In this document: positions 25,955-33,358 of the stretch, one piece after another | How positions within the stretch are numbered: the first letter of the stretch is position 1 | How the letters are laid out: the number at the start of each line of letters is the position of its first letter | Source: a virus | Taxonomy: Duplodnaviria > Caudoviricetes | DNA: 64,000 bases | Virus record (IMG/VR): IMGVR_UViG_3300034374_009547 | Reading direction: 5' to 3' (one strand) | Notes under the pieces: generated by a model | Database searches by the model: none | What the model was told of the DNA's origin: nothing | What the model saw: only the letters and a program-made list of their open reading frames with translations | Program-made: the position numbers and the translations under genes

Positions 25955-26488
25955 ATGCAAATCGATTATATAACTACAATGACTAAAGTAGGTCAACTTG
26001 TACGTAGAGAAGGGCATGATAAAAAACTTGCTTTAATTCCTGATGCAAACATTTCAAAAGAACTTCTTAAAGACAATCGAGGCAGAGTATACGCTATTGT
26101 AGTTGATGGGGAAATACACAAGCTAGGTGGATCACAAGCAAAAGGTGGTATTAAATCAACGTTTGATGCCTATTGTGGTGGTTATGCATTTGGTATGAGT
26201 GCAAGAACATATGCTGTATGGAATTATCTCACACAAAAAATAAATCAAGGTAAGTGTGTTGAAATTTATTGTGTATGGGCAGACGTTGTTACGGTTCCAG
26301 TACCCACAATGACAGGTACAGAAATGCAAACTATTCCTGTTGATTTTCATGCAATTGAGAAAAACTTTGTTGATGAGTATGTCGCAAAAGAAGGAAAGTA
26401 CCCTGAATTAAATATGCAAGAATCTGGTCGTAAATGGGAAGATACAGGCTTATTAGAAGGCTGGCCCGGTATGGGAAAAAAGTTTTAA
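25955..26488 (+). CDS. GIY-YIG-family endonuclease (T4 EndoII/Hpy188I-like)
   Basis: GRVYAIVVDGEIHKLGGS (degenerate GIY...YIG hairpin), later AIEK (metal Glu) and PELN. Confidence 0.55.
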   Translation: MQIDYITTMTKVGQLVRREGHDKKLALIPDANISKELLKDNRGRVYAIVVDGEIHKLGGSQAKGGIKSTFDAYCGGYAFGMSARTYAVWNYLTQKINQGKCVEIYCVWADVVTVPVPTMTGTEMQTIPVDFHAIEKNFVDEYVAKEGKYPELNMQESGRKWEDTGLLEGWPGMGKKF

Positions 26489-26495
26489 AAAAAGG

Positions 26496-26524
26496 TTGAC
26501 AATCGATAAAACATATATTATATT
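26496..26524 (+). promoter_or_regulatory. sigma70-type early promoter
   Basis: AAAAAAGG-TTGACA-17 nt-TATATT, with an A-tract upstream. Confidence 0.75.
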
Positions 26525-26560
26525 ATATATATAGGGCAACAAGACAAAGAGGGTTACAAA

Positions 26561-26947
26561 ATGTCTTACACTTATGAAGATAACATTATTTCAGATCTAC
26601 ACAAAGATGCATATGGGTTCCGTCCTACACAGCGTTTCTTTGACGACTGGGCAGAGTACACACCTGCTGAGAAGCAAGAGTGCTGGGACATGCTTTGCGA
26701 GGAGATGGATCGCTCTATGAAAGAGCAAGCGGCTGCTGAAGCTGCTGCACTGGTAGAGTTCCGCAAGCAAGTTGCAGCAACTATGAAGTTCTGCGATTGT
26801 AACTGGAAAAAGGCAGTAGAGTTTCTTGCAGACGCAGAAGACGACGATATTGATTGTGATCAGTATTTTGACTACTTTCTTTGGAAACAAGGCATCGGTT
26901 ACAGCGACCGTGCTAAAATCCGTAAACTTTATAAAGAGGTTGACTAA
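26561..26947 (+). CDS. Hypothetical early protein
   Basis: 128 aa with SDLHKDAYGFRP. GAGGG RBS and its own promoter. Confidence 0.75.
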   Translation: MSYTYEDNIISDLHKDAYGFRPTQRFFDDWAEYTPAEKQECWDMLCEEMDRSMKEQAAAEAAALVEFRKQVAATMKFCDCNWKKAVEFLADAEDDDIDCDQYFDYFLWKQGIGYSDRAKIRKLYKEVD

Positions 26948-26968
26948 CTTACAAATTGTTGCTAATAT
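26940..26968 (+). promoter_or_regulatory. sigma70-type early promoter
   Basis: GAGG-TTGACT-17 nt-TAATAT. Confidence 0.65.
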
Positions 26969-27002
26969 AAGATATAGCACTGATTAGAAAAGGAATACAA
27001 AA

Positions 27003-28085
27003 ATGGAAGTAACACGTACTCTAAGTCCAAACAAAGCGAAAATTGCAATTAAACATGCAATGAGTAAAAAACGTCCAATCTTTTTATGGGGTCCTCCTGG
27101 TATTGGTAAGTCTGATATTATTGCTCAAATTACAGATAGTTTGCCTAACTCACATTTGATCGATATTCGACTATCTCTTTGGGAGCCAACTGATATTAAA
27201 GGCATTCCATATTTTGATGCTAACCTGGGTAAAATGGTTTGGGGGTCTCCTAGTGAACTGCCAGACGAAGAATTTGCTGCACAATACGACAATATTGTTG
27301 TTTTCTTTGACGAAATGAACTCAGCTGCTCCTGCTGTACAAGCGGCAGCATATCAGTTAATTTTGAATCGTCGTGTAGGACAATATAAACTGCCAGACAA
27401 TGTTATCATTGTTGCTGCGGGTAACCGCGAATCAGACAAAGGCGTTACATATCGTATGCCTGCTCCGTTAGCAAACCGTTTTGTACACATTGAAATGGAA
27501 GTTAGCTTCGATGATTGGTTCCAATGGGCTGTTGATAACAATCAGCATAAAGACGTTGTTGGCTACATTACTTTTGCTAAAAAAGACTTGTATGATTTTG
27601 ATCCTCGTTCTCCAAGCCGTTCATTTGCAACTCCACGTAGTTGGGCATTTGTAAGTGAATTGCTAGATGATGAATTAGACGAATCAACTACAACAGATCT
27701 TGTTTCAGGTTCAGTTGGCGAAGGTACAGGTGTCAAGTTTATGGCTCACCGTAAAATTGCATCTAGCATGCCTAACCCAACAGATATTCTATCTGGTAAA
27801 GTAAAAGAGTTGAAAACTAAAGAAATCAGTGCTATGTATTCCTTAACCGTTTCACTCTGCTACGAACTTAAAGAATCATCAGATAGAAATGATTCCAAAT
27901 TTGACAAAAAAGTAAATAATTTCCTTCGTTTTGCGATGGATAATTTTGACACTGAACTTGTTGTAATGGGAATCAAACTTGCACTAACACAATATGCATT
28001 ACCTATTGATCCAGACGAAGTAGAATGCTTCGACGAATTCCATGATAGATATGGAAAGTATATCAAGGCTGCACAGGCTGCATAA
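27003..28085 (+). CDS. MoxR-like AAA+ ATPase
   Basis: Walker A GPPGIGKS, Walker B VFFDE, AAGNR, PLANRF, TPRSW. Confidence 0.88.
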   Translation: MEVTRTLSPNKAKIAIKHAMSKKRPIFLWGPPGIGKSDIIAQITDSLPNSHLIDIRLSLWEPTDIKGIPYFDANLGKMVWGSPSELPDEEFAAQYDNIVVFFDEMNSAAPAVQAAAYQLILNRRVGQYKLPDNVIIVAAGNRESDKGVTYRMPAPLANRFVHIEMEVSFDDWFQWAVDNNQHKDVVGYITFAKKDLYDFDPRSPSRSFATPRSWAFVSELLDDELDESTTTDLVSGSVGEGTGVKFMAHRKIASSMPNPTDILSGKVKELKTKEISAMYSLTVSLCYELKESSDRNDSKFDKKVNNFLRFAMDNFDTELVVMGIKLALTQYALPIDPDEVECFDEFHDRYGKYIKAAQAA

Positions 28086-28092
28086 GGTGCAT

Positions 28093-28123
28093 AATGGGCA
28101 GTTTCGACTGCCCATTTTTTTTT
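28093..28123 (+). terminator. Rho-independent terminator
   Basis: AATGGGCAGT-TTCG-ACTGCCCATT (10-bp stem, UUCG loop) followed by a T run. Confidence 0.9.
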
Positions 28124-28130
28124 GAAAAGG

Positions 28131-28158
28131 TTGACATATTGTTTAAATATGTTATATT
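28131..28158 (+). promoter_or_regulatory. sigma70-type early promoter
   Basis: AAAAGG-TTGACA-16 nt-TATATT with extended -10 TG. Confidence 0.7.
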
Positions 28159-28185
28159 AATACTGAAACAACAAATGAGGATAAC

Positions 28186-29448
28186 ATGTCTGTAAAACAA
28201 ACGTCTAGTAAGCCAAAGAAAAATTGGCAACCTAATCCAGATATTACAGAAAATGAACTTGCTACAATGCGTGAAGAAGTACTTGATCGTATTATCATTG
28301 CACGAGTAGGTTTGTTACTTCGTCATCCGTTTTTTGGTAATATGGCAACTCGTTTGCGTATTATTGCAGCAGATGAATGGTGTCCTACTGCCGCAGTAGA
28401 CGGACGCAATCTTTATTTTAACACTCAGTTCTTTAATGCAATGGACAATAAAGAAATTGAGTTTGTTATTGCACATGAAATTCTGCATTGTGTTTACGGA
28501 CACTTAGACCGTCGTGAAGACAGAGATCCGCATTTGTATAATATTTCAGCTGATTATAAAGTCAACAATCTGCTAGTACGTGATCGCATTGGAACAAAAC
28601 CCAAACTTGTTGATTGTTTTCAAGACTTTCAATATGATGCAGATACATCAGAAGAAATTTATGATAAATTGTACGAGAAATATGACGAACAACAGCTAGA
28701 AGCACTAGGCGAATTGTTGGATGAACATATTGATTGGGAAGATAAAGGAGAGGACGACGGAAAAGGTCCTTCTAAATATAGTAAAGACGAACTTCGTAAA
28801 ATTAGAGACGAAATAAAAGATAGTATGCTTCAAGCAGCTCAATCTGCAGGTGCTGGCAATGTTCCAGGCGAAATTCAGCGCATGATTAAAGAGCTAACAG
28901 AACCTAAAATGAATTGGCGTGAGCTTATACGTTCACAAATTCAAAGCACTATCCGTAACGATTTTACATTCCAACGTCCTAACCGCAAAAGCTGGCATAC
29001 TGGTGCTATTCTGCCAGGTATGAACTTTCAAGAAACTATTGATATTTGTATTAGTTTAGATATGAGTGGTTCAATTGGCGATCCACAAGCACAAGACTTT
29101 TTAGGAGAAGTCAAAGGTATTATGGACGAGTTCAAAGACTACAAAATTAAAATCTGGTGTTTTGATACTAAAGTTTACAATGAACAAGACTTTAGTGCAG
29201 ATGGTGGTGATGAACTAACAGATTATGAAATTTTAGGCGGCGGTGGTACCGACTTTATGGTTAATTGGGAATATATGAAAGAAAATGACATCCAGCCTAA
29301 AAAGTTCATTATGTTTACAGACGGCTATGCTTGGGATAGTTGGGGTGACCCAGATTATTGCGATACTATTTTTATTATTCATAGTAACCACAATAAAAAT
29401 TTAGAAGGACCTTTTGGTATCACTGCACATTATGAGGAAGCTGCGTGA
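28186..29448 (+). CDS. Metallopeptidase-like + vWA domain protein (DUF2201-like), MoxR partner
   Basis: AHEILH (HExxH), MIDAS DMSGS, GGGGTDF, FTDG. Confidence 0.85.
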   Translation: MSVKQTSSKPKKNWQPNPDITENELATMREEVLDRIIIARVGLLLRHPFFGNMATRLRIIAADEWCPTAAVDGRNLYFNTQFFNAMDNKEIEFVIAHEILHCVYGHLDRREDRDPHLYNISADYKVNNLLVRDRIGTKPKLVDCFQDFQYDADTSEEIYDKLYEKYDEQQLEALGELLDEHIDWEDKGEDDGKGPSKYSKDELRKIRDEIKDSMLQAAQSAGAGNVPGEIQRMIKELTEPKMNWRELIRSQIQSTIRNDFTFQRPNRKSWHTGAILPGMNFQETIDICISLDMSGSIGDPQAQDFLGEVKGIMDEFKDYKIKIWCFDTKVYNEQDFSADGGDELTDYEILGGGGTDFMVNWEYMKENDIQPKKFIMFTDGYAWDSWGDPDYCDTIFIIHSNHNKNLEGPFGITAHYEEAA

Positions 29449-29714
29449 AACTAAATGTTCTAGACATACTTGAAAAAAGGCGGGTAGATTTTTGTCCGCC
29501 TCATTTTTCAACTCATAGTATTAAAAGAGTTTACAACTTAGAAAAAGTTATTTGTCAGTGGATTAATGACCATTTAAGTGGTAGATACTACTTAGGCAAA
29601 AATATAAAACTAGATGGTAACAATGGAATTGAAGGCATCTACACAATAGGATTTGAGAATCCTAAAGAATTAAGTTTCTTTATGTTGGCTTGTCCACATT
29701 TGAAATATAATTAA
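29445..29714 (+). CDS. Hypothetical protein
   Basis: 89 aa, GTG start after GAGGA. Confidence 0.68.
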   Translation: MKLNVLDILEKRRVDFCPPHFSTHSIKRVYNLEKVICQWINDHLSGRYYLGKNIKLDGNNGIEGIYTIGFENPKELSFFMLACPHLKYN

Positions 29715-29753
29715 AAAAATCAGTATATATATAATATAGGAGTTAATTAAAAT

Positions 29754-30017
29754 ATGGCTGAACAAACACAATCTAATCCAAACGAACTAAACATTCAAGA
29801 TTTGGTTTTGGCAAGAGCAGTAATTGAGCTTGCTACTGAACGCGGCACATTTAAAGCAAATGAACTTGCAAGTGTTGGAGCATTATATAATAAACTTGAT
29901 GCTTTCTTAAAAGAAGTTGAAGCACAAGCAAAAGCAGCACAAGAAGGTGCAGCAGCAGCGGCGGCACAACCGCCAGAAACCCCAGAGCCAGCTACAGAGG
30001 CTGCAGAAGGAGCATAA
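29754..30017 (+). CDS. Hypothetical protein
   Basis: 87 aa, AGGAG RBS, Ala/Pro-rich tail. Confidence 0.75.
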   Translation: MAEQTQSNPNELNIQDLVLARAVIELATERGTFKANELASVGALYNKLDAFLKEVEAQAKAAQEGAAAAAAQPPETPEPATEAAEGA

Positions 30018-30018
30018 A

Positions 30019-30648
30019 ATGGCATTAAAACATGTAGGTAGGGTAAAAAATAACCGCCGAAAAGTTGTAGTAGCATATAGAGTAGTTCCAGGTGATCCTG
30101 ATCACTGCCTAGTTGTACAAACTGAAAATTTATCTGCAGACGAGCACGATGCTCTTATTCGTGTAGTGGAATCAGCAGCAGGACAAGAGGCATATGAATT
30201 TGGCGAAGCAATGTCAAGATCATACTTGCCTGATGGCCGCAATATGTTAGCAGGATTTCATACAACTGGTAAATTAAACAAATTACCAACAAACGTTATC
30301 GAAATGGTACCTAATAATAATACTATTATTAGTCTTGACGAACTTAACAAGACTATTGCAGAACAAAAAGGTGTAACCGTTGCCGATTTAGCACTTAAAG
30401 GACCAACAGGAGAAACTACTCAACCTCCTGAAAATGTTACCGAAGCACCTGTTAATCCGCAAGAACTTTATACTGAACCAACTTCCACAACAGATGGAGT
30501 TTTGACAAATGAAGAACTAGCAGCACAATACAGATCGCAAGCAGATGCTTTATTTAAAGAAGCAAAAGCGTTGAGAGAACAAGCTGAATCTCTTGTTCCC
30601 ACAAAAAAGAAGGTAACAAAAAAGAGTGTCGAATCAGCTGAAACCTGA
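30019..30648 (+). CDS. Hypothetical protein
   Basis: Likely start ATG 30019 after AAGGAG (MALKHVGRVK...), not 29917. Confidence 0.75.
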   Translation: MALKHVGRVKNNRRKVVVAYRVVPGDPDHCLVVQTENLSADEHDALIRVVESAAGQEAYEFGEAMSRSYLPDGRNMLAGFHTTGKLNKLPTNVIEMVPNNNTIISLDELNKTIAEQKGVTVADLALKGPTGETTQPPENVTEAPVNPQELYTEPTSTTDGVLTNEELAAQYRSQADALFKEAKALREQAESLVPTKKKVTKKSVESAET

Positions 30649-30931
30649 ACAAACCGACGAATATTGGGAGGAAATATTTAACTCCGTAACTATGGATTAC
30701 CTCCCTTTAGAATATATTAAATGTATTATTGTTAAATTTGAAGATGGCAAGATTTGGGAAATTGATATTAAGCAATCTAAAAAAGAGTCGGTAGATATTG
30801 AAAAGACATTGGACGATTTTTTTCAAGAATTTGAACAAAAAATAACCGATGTAGATTTTAGACTTAACACTGAAGCACTAAAAAAAGACATTGGTCGTCG
30901 AACAAAACGTTTTTTAAAATTAAATAAATGA
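30626..30931 (+). CDS. Hypothetical protein
   Basis: 101-aa ORF, GTG start. Confidence 0.68.
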   Translation: MSNQLKPEQTDEYWEEIFNSVTMDYLPLEYIKCIIVKFEDGKIWEIDIKQSKKESVDIEKTLDDFFQEFEQKITDVDFRLNTEALKKDIGRRTKRFLKLNK

Positions 30932-31497
30932 TGTTAAAAACTTTAGATATAGATATTGATTACGGCTTAATTACCCAAGAATACAAAAAGCTAGAAGTTG
31001 ATAGACTTCTAAATGAAGCTAATCATTTAAAACAAATAGCAATACAATGTAGAAAAGAAACTTCCGCAACAGATCAATTGTATGAAAGTTGCGGAAGTTT
31101 ATTTTTTGATTGGACCAAATACGATGGCAACGGTGAAGTACCGTTAAGAGAAGACAGAATCGACGAAACGGATATTACTGAAACTTGTGACTATTTTGTT
31201 GGTTCATACTTTGAAGATATAATTGAAAAAATAAAATTAAAATACGGTTATCAATTATATAGAGGACGTTTTTTAAAAAGTTTACATAAAACTTGTCTAA
31301 CATATCACACAGATCCAAGTCCAAGATTACATATTCCAATATACACCAATGAAAATTGCATGATGATTGTTAATGACAATGTAATAAGACTACCTTTTGG
31401 AAATACTTATGTAGTAGATACAACACTTCCACATACAGCATTAAACGCTAGTAAATATACTCGTGTACACTTGGTATTCTGTCTCGACAAGTTTTAA
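30928..31497 (+). CDS. Aspartyl/asparaginyl beta-hydroxylase-like 2OG-Fe(II) oxygenase
   Basis: YHTD (HxD), RLHIPI, DTTLPHTALN, RVHLV. Confidence 0.78.
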   Translation: MMLKTLDIDIDYGLITQEYKKLEVDRLLNEANHLKQIAIQCRKETSATDQLYESCGSLFFDWTKYDGNGEVPLREDRIDETDITETCDYFVGSYFEDIIEKIKLKYGYQLYRGRFLKSLHKTCLTYHTDPSPRLHIPIYTNENCMMIVNDNVIRLPFGNTYVVDTTLPHTALNASKYTRVHLVFCLDKF

Positions 31498-31514
31498 TGT
31501 TTTATCATAAAGTG

Positions 31515-31521
31515 ATAAATA
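31515..31521 (+). promoter_or_regulatory. Putative late promoter
   Basis: ATAAATA (T4 late consensus is TATAAATA) upstream of AGGAG and a structural gene. Confidence 0.45.
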
Positions 31522-31548
31522 TATAAAACATTACCTAGGAGAGAATAA

Positions 31549-33348
31549 ATGGCATTGCGATTAAGACGCGGAACCAATTTACAAAGACTTGATTTCACCC
31601 CAGAGCAAGGTGAACTTATTTACGTTACAGATTATGATACAGCAAGCGTTTCACCCTTATGGATTGGTGACGGTACTACCGTAGGTGGTGTTGAAGTATC
31701 ATCAAGCGGGGGCGGTGGAATAACAGATGTTTCAAGCGACACAACTCCAGAACTAGGTGGTAATTTATCTTTAGCAGGCTTTGAAATTAATGGTACAGGT
31801 GATATTGATATTACAGGTGATATCACAGCAGTAGGTAATGTTTATGCTAATAACATAGTCGGCGACTTAACAGGCGCTGTAACAGGCAATGTGTCAGGTA
31901 ATGTAACAGGTAACTTAACAGGTAATGCAGCAGGTAACCATACTGGTTTTTTCACAGGTGAAATAAATGCCACAGGTGCTTTTGATGGAGATATAACAGG
32001 TAGTGTTTTTGCAGACGATTCAACTCTATTGATTGACGGCGTAGGACAATTAGTAAAAGGTGCATTTTTAAATAACGCCATTGATTTACAAGAAGGCGCA
32101 TTTAAAATTAATTATCCAACAACAGGTAGTGATCCTTATGTAGACATACAAGTTATAGGTAATAATAACAAACGTGTCGATACAACATTTGTAAGAAAAT
32201 TAGTTGGCGGAAATATAGGCGACAGCGATTTACTTTATCAAGAAGTTATAGTACGTGATGATGATATTGGTTTCCAAAGAGAATGGACCACTTTTGTTAA
32301 TTCAAATGCATACATCATAAACAAAGGTAATACTTATTCACCAGCAAATTCAGTAGCAATTTTAGATGGACAAGTAGGTATCGGTACTTTTGCTCCTAAT
32401 GCTGAACTAGAAGTAAATGGTTCAATTATTGCAACATCAGGTATATTAGGTGATTTAAAAGGTAGTGTTGCAGCAGACGATAGCACAATACTTGTAGATT
32501 CTGTAAGTGGTTCAATAAACATTGCAAATACAAACATAGGTGCTTTTAATGTAACTTCTCCACAAGCAGGTCAAGTTTTAAAATGGAACGGTAGTGAATG
32601 GACTAACGCTGCTGATAATTCAGGCGGCGGCGGTGCTGGCGGTAGTGCATTTACAAATATTGGAATTGGTGCAGATGATAGTGTACTTAGACTAATTGAA
32701 GAAGGTGAAAGTTTCTTAATTTTAGGTGGTGCAGGTATTTCAACTGCTAGTGACACAGAAGGCAACATTACTATCACAGGATTTGATGGTGCATTTAGTT
32801 CATTAACTGGCAAACCAACAACTATAGCAGGTTATGGAATTACAGATGCATTTGATGGTGCGTTTGGTAGTTTAACAGGAACACCTACTACTCTTGCAGG
32901 TTATGGAATAACAGATGCAGCAACCTCAGCTCAAGGTGCTTTAGCAGATACTGCTATACAACCTGCAGATTTAGGGTCACTTACATTTACAGCAAGCGTA
33001 CTTGATACTTCAGATTCTAGTGAAATTACATTTACACCAGCAGTAAGATTTAGTAGCGACATTAACGTAGAAAACGATTTAGTAGTAACTAATAAAATTA
33101 TTGCAAATACAATAGAAGTAGAAAATATTATTACCAATGCAAGCGGTACACCTGAGATAGCATCTGACACGGATATCATTCTTGCAGCAGGAACAAGAGT
33201 TGAAGTATCGTCAAGTCCTTTGAAAATGGCTAGTTACACAACAAGCGACAGAGGAAACATTTCAGCAGAAAATGGCGATGTAATTTACAACACAACAGCA
33301 GGTAAATTTCAAGGATATGCAAACGGCGTTTGGGTAGACTTACACTAA
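31549..33348 (+). CDS. Tail fibre/virion structural protein
   Basis: N-terminal MALRLRRGT..GELIYVTD, GN(V/L)TG repeats, two GSV(F/A)ADDST motifs, PTT(I/L)AGYGITDA fibre repeats. Confidence 0.75.
   Translation: MALRLRRGTNLQRLDFTPEQGELIYVTDYDTASVSPLWIGDGTTVGGVEVSSSGGGGITDVSSDTTPELGGNLSLAGFEINGTGDIDITGDITAVGNVYANNIVGDLTGAVTGNVSGNVTGNLTGNAAGNHTGFFTGEINATGAFDGDITGSVFADDSTLLIDGVGQLVKGAFLNNAIDLQEGAFKINYPTTGSDPYVDIQVIGNNNKRVDTTFVRKLVGGNIGDSDLLYQEVIVRDDDIGFQREWTTFVNSNAYIINKGNTYSPANSVAILDGQVGIGTFAPNAELEVNGSIIATSGILGDLKGSVAADDSTILVDSVSGSINIANTNIGAFNVTSPQAGQVLKWNGSEWTNAADNSGGGGAGGSAFTNIGIGADDSVLRLIEEGESFLILGGAGISTASDTEGNITITGFDGAFSSLTGKPTTIAGYGITDAFDGAFGSLTGTPTTLAGYGITDAATSAQGALADTAIQPADLGSLTFTASVLDTSDSSEITFTPAVRFSSDINVENDLVVTNKIIANTIEVENIITNASGTPEIASDTDIILAAGTRVEVSSSPLKMASYTTSDRGNISAENGDVIYNTTAGKFQGYANGVWVDLH
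32782..32919 (+). repeat. Two in-frame 69-nt tandem repeats (23-aa tail-fibre repeat)
   Basis: FDGAFSSLTGKPTTIAGYGITDA / FDGAFGSLTGTPTTLAGYGITDA, with units starting at 32782 and 32851. Confidence 0.9.
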
Positions 33349-33358
33349 GGGGGCATAA

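Noticed and set aside
29478-29508. AGGCGGG-loop-TCCGCCT hairpin followed by CATTTTT as a terminator
   Set aside because: It lies inside ORF 29445..29714, has a 10-nt loop and an interrupted U-tract. It may be a weak attenuator but is not supportable.
32782-32919. Direct repeat as a possible CRISPR or non-coding array
   Set aside because: Only two units, in frame, no spacers, and it encodes a tail-fibre repeat. I saw no CRISPR array or cas gene anywhere in the window.
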